From NCBI GenBank assembly GCA_025999275.1, contig AP024680.1, positions 318,393-382,392 of the forward strand: a stretch of DNA of 64,000 nt, given 5' to 3'. Within the stretch, counting starts at the first letter, position 1, and every line of letters begins with the position of its first letter. The stretch comes from Patescibacteria group bacterium (lineage in GTDB: Bacteria > Patescibacteriota > Microgenomatia > UBA8517). Of this stretch, positions 1-8,865 are shown piece after piece. A model generated the notes under the pieces. That model ran no database searches. It worked only from the letters and a program-made list of their open reading frames with translations, and was not told the origin of the DNA. The translations under genes and the position numbers were made by a program.

Positions 1-152
1 GTTTGCTTTTTGCCATCTCTTTTGATGTGTCTTTTTTCGTATTCAGGTTTCCGTTCTGATAAGACAGGTTTTGAGCCATTTTTTGGCTCTTTTGGCAATA
101 TTTGGTTGTTTGCTTCTGTTTTTGGTCCTCCTTTTTTAAACTCTGCTGTCAT
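1..152 (-). CDS. Partial hypothetical protein (runs off window start)
   Basis: ATG at 152 overlaps the rarA 3' end; frame MTAEFKKGGPKTEANNQILPKEPK... is open to the window edge. Not in the ORF track. Confidence 0.4.
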   Translation of the reverse strand, partial: MTAEFKKGGPKTEANNQILPKEPKNGSKPVLSERKPEYEKRHIKRDGKKQ

Positions 153-1308
153 TTTCTTTTTTGAAATAATACCTCTTTCCTTTTAATTTGTCAGGTAGTA
201 GAGAATCTTTTGTGTATTTTTCGTAACCTTTGCCATATTTTAGATCTTTCATTAATTTTGTTACTGGATTTCTTATTTTAAGCGGGACCGGAAGGTGACC
301 AAAGCGACGAACATCATCCAGTGCTCTCATGTATGCTTCGTATGCACTCCTGTCTTTTTTGGCAGTTGCCAAATAAACTGCTCCTGCAGCTAAATTTTCT
401 TGACATTCGGGTAGTCCTACCTCATGACAAGCTTGGAAGACAGAATTGGCAACAACTAGGGCAGTTGGTGTTGCCACATCTTCACTGGCAAAAATAATCA
501 TCCTTCTTGCTATGTACAAAGGATCTTGCCCTGATTCAACCATTCTTGCTAAATAATAAAGTGCGGCATCGACATCAGAAGCCCTCATTGATTTGATAAA
601 GGCAGAAATTAGGTTATAGTATTCTTCCCCTTTTTTATCAAAAAATAGTTGTCTTTTTTGAAAGGCTTGTTCGACAGTTGAAATGTTTATTGCTTCTTGA
701 TTTTTGGGAAGAAGGTTTTTGGCAACCTCAAGAGTGTTAAGCAGAATTCTGCCGTCACCACTTGAGCCTTCAATTAGAAAGTCTAATGCGTCTTTTTTTA
801 TTTTTGCTTTGAGAAAATTAAGTCCCTTTTGAGCGATTTTTTTAAGTTCATTTTTCTCAAGCTGGCTGAAAACCAAAACCTTGGTTCTTGAAAGAAGCGG
901 AGCGATAACCTCAAATGACGGATTTTCTGTGGTTGCTCCGATTAAGATTATTTTTCCTGTTTCAACCCAAGGTAAGAATTTTGCTTGCTGGGATTTGTTG
1001 AATCTATGTATTTCATCAATCACTATGACTGGTGATTTTTCTTCTTTTTTGACTATATTTTCTACCTCTTTGATTGATGAGGAAACTGCTGAAAATTCAA
1101 AATAGTCTCTCTTTAAGCTTTTGGCAATAATTCTTGCCAGTGTTGTTTTACCAACACCAGGTGATCCCCAAAAGATTAGCGATGGAAAGTTGGCGCTTTT
1201 ATCCTTAAGCAGAATTCTTATAATTCCGTTTTTGCCAACCAAATGTTTTTGTCCGACAAATTCCTCGATTTTCTGCGGTCTAAGTATTTCAGCTAAAGGT
1301 TTGTCCAT
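136..1308 (-). CDS. rarA: Replication-associated recombination protein A (MgsA/RarA AAA+ ATPase)
   Basis: PLAEILRP N-terminus, Walker A GSPGVGKTT, DEIHRFNKSQQ, GATTENPSFEV, ISAFIKSMRASD, ASED. Confidence 0.95.
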   Translation of the reverse strand: MDKPLAEILRPQKIEEFVGQKHLVGKNGIIRILLKDKSANFPSLIFWGSPGVGKTTLARIIAKSLKRDYFEFSAVSSSIKEVENIVKKEEKSPVIVIDEIHRFNKSQQAKFLPWVETGKIILIGATTENPSFEVIAPLLSRTKVLVFSQLEKNELKKIAQKGLNFLKAKIKKDALDFLIEGSSGDGRILLNTLEVAKNLLPKNQEAINISTVEQAFQKRQLFFDKKGEEYYNLISAFIKSMRASDVDAALYYLARMVESGQDPLYIARRMIIFASEDVATPTALVVANSVFQACHEVGLPECQENLAAGAVYLATAKKDRSAYEAYMRALDDVRRFGHLPVPLKIRNPVTKLMKDLKYGKGYEKYTKDSLLPDKLKGKRYYFKKENDSRV

Positions 1309-1360
1309 TGGCCTATTATAGCAATAGTTTGATTACATAATCTGATAAAATGCTTGTGAT

Positions 1361-1981
1361 ATGTTTTTTGAGAGAATTATAGAAAGTTGCCAATCTAACT
1401 TTAATGGCAAAATAGAAGTTGTTTCTTCTTTGGCATGGGGAAAATATATTCGTGTTGGGGGAATTACTCAATCTGGTGGTGTTGTTGAAAAAATTTGGAG
1501 GAGTGTTTTCAAAAAGATTAAAGGCGATTTTAGAAAAATTTTGATTTTAGGTCTTGGAGGAGGGTCTGTGGCAAAGGTTTTGTGCAGCAGGTTTAAAAAA
1601 GCCAAGATAACAGGGGTGGAGATAGATCCTTTGATGGTAAATTTTGGGGAGAAGTATTTAGGCCTTGATAACTCTAAATTAAAAATTGAAATTGATGATG
1701 CCAAAAAGTGGTTTTTAGATAATAAAAAGAAGTTTGATCTTATTATTGTTGATATTTACCAAGGCAAAACTTATCCCCCCTTTTTTGAATCAGATTTGTT
1801 CCTTAAATCTTTAAAGTCCCATTTGGTTGTTGGGGGAATTGTTGTTTTTAACAGGCTTTATAGTTCCGATCTGACGGTTAGAAAATCAGCGGTTAAATTT
1901 GGTGAGAAATTGGAAAAAGAATTTAAAGAAGTGAACAGGATTTATCCTCTTGCCAATCTTATCTTTGCTTGCAGGATTTAG
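1361..1981 (+). CDS. Spermidine-synthase-like SAM-dependent methyltransferase
   Basis: LILGLGGGS SAM motif, GVEIDP, DA..W, FDLIIVD. Confidence 0.8.
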   Translation: MFFERIIESCQSNFNGKIEVVSSLAWGKYIRVGGITQSGGVVEKIWRSVFKKIKGDFRKILILGLGGGSVAKVLCSRFKKAKITGVEIDPLMVNFGEKYLGLDNSKLKIEIDDAKKWFLDNKKKFDLIIVDIYQGKTYPPFFESDLFLKSLKSHLVVGGIVVFNRLYSSDLTVRKSAVKFGEKLEKEFKEVNRIYPLANLIFACRI

Positions 1982-2373
1982 CGGTAGTAAAAAGAACACT
2001 CTCCTGTTATTGGATCACAGCGAAAGACTTTTGTTTTATTTTGCTGATAAAGCTTTTGCTGTGGGAGTTTTCCTTTAATGCCTTTCCATTGTGGAATTTG
2101 GCTTTCTATCCATTTGTCAAATGTGGGGGAAACAGATGCTATTGAATAAAGAAAGGCCAAAACTATCAAAAGAAAGCTAAAAAGGTGAAAAATTGAGTTT
2201 TTGCCAAAAGCAATTTTTACTCCCCAAAGAATTATAATTAATGGCCAAAACTTAAAGAGAATTTGCCAGACATTCCAAGGCAGGACACCAAAATTGTTAA
2301 GAAGCAAGACAATACCCACTAAAACAAGGATCAAAGCATCGAAGATATCTTTTTCATCTGTTGTTTCGTTCAT
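1978..2373 (-). CDS. LiaF/DUF5668-like membrane protein
   Basis: GIVLLLNNFG...KFWPLIIILWG motif; follows the pspC-domain gene. Confidence 0.7.
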   Translation of the reverse strand: MNETTDEKDIFDALILVLVGIVLLLNNFGVLPWNVWQILFKFWPLIIILWGVKIAFGKNSIFHLFSFLLIVLAFLYSIASVSPTFDKWIESQIPQWKGIKGKLPQQKLYQQNKTKVFRCDPITGECSFYYR

Positions 2374-2801
2374 TTTTTAAATATGATTCCAAAGGCGATG
2401 ATAATCAAAACAATTGGCCAAAGCTTGAAGATTTGTTCAAGTCTGAAAATCCCAAAATTTTCAAACAAGAATAATAAACCAATTAAAGCAAGCATTAAGC
2501 CAAAAAGATACCTTCCTTCATCTTTTTTGGCATAGCTTCTGCCTTTCTCAATTAGATCTTGTGCTTCTTCTTTTATTTCTTCTGCATTTTCTTTTACCGA
2601 AACTTTTGTTTTTTTATCAGATGGGATAATGAGCCAAAGAACAAGATAAAGAAGGATGCCCGATCCGCCAAAGATGGTGATGAGTATGAAAATTATTCTT
2701 ATTAAAGTGGCGTCTATATCAAAATATTCGCCCAATCCACCACAAACTCCGCCGATAAGTCTATTTGTTTTTGAGCGTATTAATATTTTTTCTTTTGCCA
2801 T
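2370..2801 (-). CDS. pspC: PspC domain protein with C-terminal LiaF-like TM segment
   Basis: RSKTNRLIGGVCGGLGEYFDIDATLIR...YLVLWLIIP. Confidence 0.9.
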   Translation of the reverse strand: MAKEKILIRSKTNRLIGGVCGGLGEYFDIDATLIRIIFILITIFGGSGILLYLVLWLIIPSDKKTKVSVKENAEEIKEEAQDLIEKGRSYAKKDEGRYLFGLMLALIGLLFLFENFGIFRLEQIFKLWPIVLIIIAFGIIFKK

Positions 2802-2868
2802 TGTTTTGATTTTAAGCTTTTGTTAATTTTCTTTCAAGATATGAATTGAGGGAGAGTAACAGTAAGAT

Positions 2869-3205
2869 TAAACTATAGACAACTATCAATACATCGATGT
2901 ATTGATAGTAATTAGAAGTGATAACCGGTCTCGTAGACTAGTACACGGATACAATGGTGTAGTTGAAAAATTATGAATAATGAATTAAGGGGTATGAATT
3001 ATGGGAAGATTGAAGATAGTAGTAAGTAGAATGTAGTAAGGGAAAAGGATATAGATTTAGGATTTAAGAATTATGAATAAAATAATTCAAAAGTTAAAAT
3101 TCAAAAGTCAAAATTACAAGTTAAAAGCCAAAAGTTTTCTTAGATAATTAAATAATTTTAAATTTTGAATTGTATTTTTGAATTTTGCCTTTTGACTTTT
3201 GACTT
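2869..3205. repeat. Composite non-coding repeat element, copy 1 (28-bp perfect palindrome + heptamer arrays)
   Basis: ACTATCAATACATCGATGTATTGATAGT at 2882-2909; 2869-2915 identical to 59532-59578; 3081-3173 similar to the reverse complement of 59755-59849. Confidence 0.9.
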
Positions 3206-3305
3206 AGATCTATTAGGTGTCAAGCTGTTTTTGACGAAGGTGCCAACCTAAGACACCCTTAAGGTGCCCTTTAGATTTTTTATGTCTGTTATGATAAAAT
3301 TAACT

Positions 3306-3728
3306 ATGGTATTGGGGAAAAAAGTTTGGTTTTATTTAATTACTTTACTTTCTTTGGTGGGGATTATTTTGGCTTCTTATCTTCTTTATAATTTTTACAA
3401 CCCCAAACCAGTTTTGTTTTGTGACATTAATGATAAAGTAAATTGTCAGGCTGTAATTTCAGGGTCTCTTTCAACTTTTGCCGGTGTACCTGTTTCTTTG
3501 GTTGGACTTATTGGATATGGGGTAATTTTATTTGCGGGGTTAACCAAAAGGGCAAAACTTGCCTTTGGAGCATCTGTTTTTGGGATGATATTTTGTCTTC
3601 GGCTTACTATTTTGGAGATTTTCTTTATTAAAGTAATTTGTCCTGTTTGTCTTGTTTGTCAAATTGTAATGCTTCTTATTTTTATTATTTCTTCTTATAT
3701 TGTTTTTTCTACTAGGTTAAGAAACTAG
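3306..3728 (+). CDS. Vitamin K epoxide reductase (VKOR) family protein
   Basis: CDINDKVNCQAV..S and CPVC redox motifs with TM helices; ATG 3306 follows a TGnTAAAAT -10 and is preferred over GTG 3264. Confidence 0.88.
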   Translation: MVLGKKVWFYLITLLSLVGIILASYLLYNFYNPKPVLFCDINDKVNCQAVISGSLSTFAGVPVSLVGLIGYGVILFAGLTKRAKLAFGASVFGMIFCLRLTILEIFFIKVICPVCLVCQIVMLLIFIISSYIVFSTRLRN

Positions 3729-3808
3729 ATAGGCTTCATTCTTGTATTTTGTTTTTATTATTTTCCTAATTTTGTAATATTGGGCTTTTTTCTAAAAAAT
3801 AAAAAAAT

Positions 3809-3867
3809 AAGCCCGCTGATTTGAAAAGTACCGGTAAATTACCAGTAAAATGAAAATCAGCGGGCTT
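3809..3867 (-). terminator. Long-stem intrinsic terminator
   Basis: 14-bp inverted repeat AAGCCCGCTGATTT/AAATCAGCGGGCTT followed by a U-rich tract on the - strand, just after the stop at 3872. Confidence 0.8.
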
Positions 3868-3871
3868 TTGC

Positions 3872-5098
3872 TCAAGGGATTGGAGTTGGTTTTGCCAACA
3901 AAAAATTGACAAGTGTGGCAAAGCAGATTAGAAGTCCAATCCCCTCATCCCATTTTTCCCTCTCGAAATTTATTACTGCTGCTATTCCCCCAAGCAGTAT
4001 AAATCCGAAGGGGATAGACAAATGGGGCAACAGATTGGTAACAACTCCGAGGCCAATTCCCCCCGCAATTCCCAAGACCAGACTGGGTAGAGGGGTTGGC
4101 TTGGTTTTACCCAGTTCTCCCAAGAAAAGCAGGAGAGCAAGGAAAATTAGCCCCCAGACAACCAGTGTAAACTTGGCTTCTTCCCACATATTGTGAGAGA
4201 TTAAGTTCGCCAGGTCTCTAGGGTTCCAAATGACTGCTTTTTCAGCCTGGATTTTAAAGACATCTAGAAAGATCCCAGTGTTTTTATTAACCAGGTTTGA
4301 GTAAAGCAGTCCTAGGAACATGATTGGGCTGGCAATTAGGCTCAAATCTCCTTTTCCCAATAAGAATCCAATTAGAACTACTACCAGGATTCTTGCAGGG
4401 GGGTCAGGACCCAAAATCGGTGCAGCCCATTGTTTATCTCCCCATATGACCAATATGGAAGCCAAAGCTACTAAAATTGGGGAGAAGAAGTAGGCTATTT
4501 TGTTTAAATCTGTCCTGGCCCTTCTCCACCTTTGCCACGTATCGGCTAGGAATTGACCGATGCAGGCTAGCATCAGTGTCAGCTGCAACCACTGCGAGGG
4601 TCCTTTCCAGGGCGCCGATCCTGAATCTACACCTTCCTCAACGGAGGGTATAGGAGGCGGCTCTGATTTAAATGACTGTTCCTCAGGTGGCTGCTCCACA
4701 TTTTGGTAAGGCGGTATGGTGGCAGCTTCTTCTTGTGTTTTTGGTTCCTGTGTTTCCAGAGGGACTTTTTCTCCTTTTGATTCTAATCCCCTGAAAAAGA
4801 TTGGAACAAAAATCAAGATCAGAATCACAACAAGGATTGCCACCAATAGGAGTGCCTTTTTGCTTGTCGGTATGTGCACGGAGGAGATGAAACGTTGTAG
4901 TTTTTCCGATACTGTCTTTTTGACAGATGGGTTTTTTGGCGTTGCTTTTTCTTCCTCAGGCACTCTTGCTTTTCGAGCAGCAGAGATCATTTCAAACACT
5001 TCTCTTTTGCTGCTTGCCTTGCTAAGAATCTCCTTTAGCTGTTCGGGTGTCAGGTTTGCTGCGATTGCTGCTTGAATTATTCTATCGTTGATATCCAT
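3872..5098 (-). CDS. Hypothetical multi-pass membrane protein
   Basis: Long ORF: cytoplasmic N-terminus, TM, Pro/Glu-rich linker, many TM helices. Start moved to ATG 5098 behind a GAGGAGG SD. Confidence 0.75.
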   Translation of the reverse strand: MDINDRIIQAAIAANLTPEQLKEILSKASSKREVFEMISAARKARVPEEEKATPKNPSVKKTVSEKLQRFISSVHIPTSKKALLLVAILVVILILIFVPIFFRGLESKGEKVPLETQEPKTQEEAATIPPYQNVEQPPEEQSFKSEPPPIPSVEEGVDSGSAPWKGPSQWLQLTLMLACIGQFLADTWQRWRRARTDLNKIAYFFSPILVALASILVIWGDKQWAAPILGPDPPARILVVVLIGFLLGKGDLSLIASPIMFLGLLYSNLVNKNTGIFLDVFKIQAEKAVIWNPRDLANLISHNMWEEAKFTLVVWGLIFLALLLFLGELGKTKPTPLPSLVLGIAGGIGLGVVTNLLPHLSIPFGFILLGGIAAVINFEREKWDEGIGLLICFATLVNFLLAKPTPIP

Positions 5099-5117
5099 GT
5101 TGCCTCCTCTTCTAGTT

Positions 5118-5636
5118 CTAGTCTTTAAAACCCGTTCGAATGTATCTGCTTTCTTTTCTTCCCCCATCAGAGGAAATTTCTATTCTTTCTCCGCTTGAGA
5201 AAGAGAAAGAGAAAGCCGCGAGGATTAGAAGGATAGATGCGGGTAACACAAAAAGATAACTGATCGGATTGAACGTGGCGACGTAGTACCCCGCCATCGT
5301 TCCTATAACTACACCCCCTCTTACAACATATTTTCCTTCTATGCCCAACTTAGCCAGAAGGACAATCGTCAATACTGCTGCGGTGATTGATACCACAAAT
5401 AGAGCAGTTTCAAAACCCCATTTTAAAATGAGGATCTTAATTATAGAATCAATTATGTTCGCGCCGGTGTTTGGAACTACGATTTCCTCTTCAGTGTCAG
5501 CAACAGTATTAGAATTTGTTACCGGGGTGGGAGGGGTGGTACCAACTAATTCTTGCCAGTTGCTTAGTGAAAAGATTGCTACCAAGCATAGTATAAATAT
5601 AACCCCGATCAAGGGATTGAGGGTTTTTCTTTCCAT
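5118..5636 (-). CDS. Hypothetical membrane protein
   Basis: 172-aa ORF with several TM segments and an AAGGAG SD. Confidence 0.75.
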   Translation of the reverse strand: MERKTLNPLIGVIFILCLVAIFSLSNWQELVGTTPPTPVTNSNTVADTEEEIVVPNTGANIIDSIIKILILKWGFETALFVVSITAAVLTIVLLAKLGIEGKYVVRGGVVIGTMAGYYVATFNPISYLFVLPASILLILAAFSFSFSSGERIEISSDGGRKESRYIRTGFKD

Positions 5637-5668
5637 CTTAGTCTCCTTTCCTGGAAAAAGTTGTGGAT

Positions 5669-5730
5669 TTGTTAAAGTGCCTTTAAATGCAGGTTAGTTG
5701 AATTTTATCTTATTTTATTCCTATAGTCAA
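5669..5730 (-). promoter_or_regulatory. Sigma70 promoter plus boxA-like element
   Basis: TTGACT(5730-5725)-17 nt-TAAAAT(5707-5702); GCACTTTAACAA at 5680-5669. Confidence 0.65.
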
Positions 5731-5915
5731 ATCTTAATGTACTAAATATATTTAATCTTGAATTTAGTTTATTACTCGTTTTTGTTTCTCTGGCTCAATT
5801 TTTATCATACTTATAGTTTTTTGTTCTGATTTATTTTATACTCCTTTTACTTTTTTGAAAGATTTAAAGATCCTTTCAAAAAATATAAAATAGGTATAAA
5901 CTAAAAGATTGTTTT

Positions 5916-8678
5916 ATGTTTAATTTTCTTTCCAAACTACTTGATCTTAACGCAAAAGAGGTTGATCGTTTAAAGAAGGTGGTTGAGAAAATCAATTCCT
6001 TTGCGCCGAAAGTAAAAAAGTTAAAAGATTCCGATTTTGTCAAAAAGACAGCCGAATATAAAGAAAGAATTAAAAAAGGCGAGTCTTTGGAGTCTATTTT
6101 ACCTGAGGCTTTTGCTTTGGTTCGTGAAGCCTCATTTAGGGCTATTGGTTTGCGTCATTTTGATGTTCAGATGATGGCTGCCGTTGCTCTTTTTGAAGGG
6201 AAAGTTGCTGAGCAGAAAACAGGTGAGGGAAAAACTCTTTCTGCTGTTCCTGCTTTATACCTTCGTGCTTTAATGGGGCGTGGTGCTCATTTGGTAACCG
6301 TTAATGATTATCTTGCCCGCCGTGATGCAGGTTGGAATGGGCCAACTTTTAATCTCCTTGGCCTTTCTGTTGGAGTGATAGTTCAGGAATCTAAATCTTT
6401 TGTTTTTGATCCTAACTTTTCTGATAAAAGCCATGGAGATGAAAGACTTGAGCACTTGAAACCTTCTTCTCGTCGGGAGGCTTATGAATGCGATATAACT
6501 TACGGGACCAATAACGAATTTGGTTTTGATTATCTTCGTGATAATATGGCTCAGTCTCTTTCTGAGATTGTTCAGTCTTCTCCTTTGGGTAAGGAAACAC
6601 AAGGCAAAAAAGGATTAGGAGAGCATTATTTTGCGGTAGTTGATGAAGTTGATTCAGTTTTAATTGATGAGGCACGTACTCCTCTTATAATCTCAGCTCC
6701 TGATACTGAGCCGACGCAAAAGTATTACCAATTTGCTCAGTTGGTGGAGAAATTAAATCCCGATACGGATTACAAAATAGACGAAAAACAAAGAACAGCA
6801 ACATTAACTGAGCATGGCATTGCCAGAGTTGAAAAGCTTCTTGGAATTCCAAACCTTTATGAGAAGGATTTTGAATCAATTCATCATATTGAAAACGCAC
6901 TTCGCGCCAAGACTCTTTTTTTGAAAGATCGCGACTACATAGTCAAGGATGATCAGGTGATAATTGTTGACGAATTTACAGGCCGTCTTATGTTTGGCAG
7001 ACGTTGGAGTGATGGTCTTCATCAGGCAGTTGAAGCAAAAGAGGGTGTTCCAATTCAGCAGGAATCAAAAACTTTGGCGACAATTTCTTTTCAAAATTAC
7101 TTTAGGATGTATGAGGTTTTGTCAGGTATGACTGGTACTGCAGCCACGGAGGCGGAGGAGTTTAAGAAAATTTACAAGCTTGATGTTGTGGTTATTCCAA
7201 CCCACAGGCCGATGATTAGAGTTGATCATCCGGATTTAATTTATAAGACTTTGCGGGCAAAATATGGGGCTATAGTTTCTGATATTGAAGAAAAGTACAA
7301 AAAAGGGCAGCCGGTTTTGGTTGGCACCACATCAATTGAAAAAAATGAAATAATAAGTGAGTACCTCAAAAGAAAAAAGATTCCTCATAATGTTTTAAAT
7401 GCCAAGAATCACGAAAAAGAGGCGCAGATTATAGCCAATGCAGGTAGAGTATCTGCGGTTACTGTTGCTACAAATATGGCTGGTCGTGGTGTTGATATTG
7501 TTTTGGGAGGTGCTGTTCCTGAAAGGCCGGCTGATGTTGCTCCTGAAAAATGGGCTAAGTCAAAAGAAATGGAAAAATGGCAAAAAGAGCATGATAAAGT
7601 GGTTAAGCTTGGCGGTCTTTATGTTATAGGAACAGAGAGGCATGAATCAAGAAGAATTGACAACCAGCTTCGAGGTAGGTCTGGAAGACAGGGTGACCCC
7701 GGCTCTTCTAGGTTTTATCTTTCTCTTGAGGATGATTTGATGCGTATTTTTGGTGGAGATCAGATTAAATCATTAATGGATAGGCTTTCTATTCCTGAGG
7801 ATCAGCCGATTGAAAATAAGTTGGTTTCAAAGGCAATAGAGCAGGCGCAAGTTAAGGTTGAAGGCTTTAATTTTGATATTAGAAAAAGCGTTGTTGAATA
7901 TGATGATGTAGCCAATCAGCAAAGAGAGGTTATTTACAGATTAAGACGTAAAGTTTTGATGGCTGAAAGTCTTAAAGATGAAGTTCTTGGAAAATTGAAG
8001 AAGAAGATTCAAAAAATTGTTGATTTTTCTTTCTCTTTTGCTGAAGGTAGGGAGAGTGAGATTGATTATGATTATATTTTATCTGGAGTCCTGGAAATTG
8101 TTCCTTTTGATGATGCTTCAAAAGAAAGTTTCAAGAGAAAATTGCTTGAACTAAAAAATGATTCTGAAATAAGAGAATTTTTGGAAAAAGTTATTCTTGA
8201 TATTTATGAGGCAAGAAGAAAACAGTATGGAGATGAGATATCAAATCAGATTGATAAGTTTGCTTACCTTTCTTCAATTGACCATTTTTGGGTTGAGCAC
8301 ATTGATTATTTGGATAGCCTTCGTGAGAATGTTAGGCTTCAGGCTTATGCACAAAAGGATCCGTTGGTTGAGTTTAAAAATGAGGCTTATAATTCTTTTG
8401 AGAATTTGCTTGAGAGAATTGATGACGAACTGGCAAGAAGGATATTTAGAATTGGTGTTGCTGAAAGGCCACAGGAGATTCCTATAGATCAGGCTCAGAC
8501 CAATGTTGATAGGTCAGATGCAATGGGTCTTGCTGGTGGAGAGGGTATTTTGCCGTCAAATAAGAGTTCGCAATCTCAAGTTACTCATTCGAGGAAAATT
8601 GGCCGTAACGATCCTTGTTGGTGCGGCTCGGGAAAGAAGTGGAAGAAATGCCACTATCCGCAATTGCCGACTGGTTGA
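5916..8678 (+). CDS. secA: Preprotein translocase ATPase SecA
   Basis: KTGEGKT, VTVNDYLA, DEVDSVLIDEARTPLIIS, ATNMAGRG, RRIDNQLRGRSGRQGDPG; C-terminal SEC-C motif GRNDPCWCGSGKKWKKCH. Confidence 0.99.
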   Translation: MFNFLSKLLDLNAKEVDRLKKVVEKINSFAPKVKKLKDSDFVKKTAEYKERIKKGESLESILPEAFALVREASFRAIGLRHFDVQMMAAVALFEGKVAEQKTGEGKTLSAVPALYLRALMGRGAHLVTVNDYLARRDAGWNGPTFNLLGLSVGVIVQESKSFVFDPNFSDKSHGDERLEHLKPSSRREAYECDITYGTNNEFGFDYLRDNMAQSLSEIVQSSPLGKETQGKKGLGEHYFAVVDEVDSVLIDEARTPLIISAPDTEPTQKYYQFAQLVEKLNPDTDYKIDEKQRTATLTEHGIARVEKLLGIPNLYEKDFESIHHIENALRAKTLFLKDRDYIVKDDQVIIVDEFTGRLMFGRRWSDGLHQAVEAKEGVPIQQESKTLATISFQNYFRMYEVLSGMTGTAATEAEEFKKIYKLDVVVIPTHRPMIRVDHPDLIYKTLRAKYGAIVSDIEEKYKKGQPVLVGTTSIEKNEIISEYLKRKKIPHNVLNAKNHEKEAQIIANAGRVSAVTVATNMAGRGVDIVLGGAVPERPADVAPEKWAKSKEMEKWQKEHDKVVKLGGLYVIGTERHESRRIDNQLRGRSGRQGDPGSSRFYLSLEDDLMRIFGGDQIKSLMDRLSIPEDQPIENKLVSKAIEQAQVKVEGFNFDIRKSVVEYDDVANQQREVIYRLRRKVLMAESLKDEVLGKLKKKIQKIVDFSFSFAEGRESEIDYDYILSGVLEIVPFDDASKESFKRKLLELKNDSEIREFLEKVILDIYEARRKQYGDEISNQIDKFAYLSSIDHFWVEHIDYLDSLRENVRLQAYAQKDPLVEFKNEAYNSFENLLERIDDELARRIFRIGVAERPQEIPIDQAQTNVDRSDAMGLAGGEGILPSNKSSQSQVTHSRKIGRNDPCWCGSGKKWKKCHYPQLPTG

Positions 8679-8865
8679 AATTGAAAATTTTGGGTTAAAA
8701 GGTGGTCAATTTCCAAAGTTGGTTTTTATCTTCAAATTAGTATAACAATGTTAAGTATTAAGATATTTTGGTTTGGGAATATAAAAATTATTATTTTATT
8801 GAAATAAGTAAAAGTTTTGATGTTTGAATTCAAGAAAATAATTTGCTATTTTATTAGAAAACTTT

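Noticed and set aside
2869-3205. Possible CRISPR array in the repeat-rich intergenic regions (also 59458-59851)
   Set aside because: No regularly spaced identical repeats with unique spacers, and no cas genes in the window.
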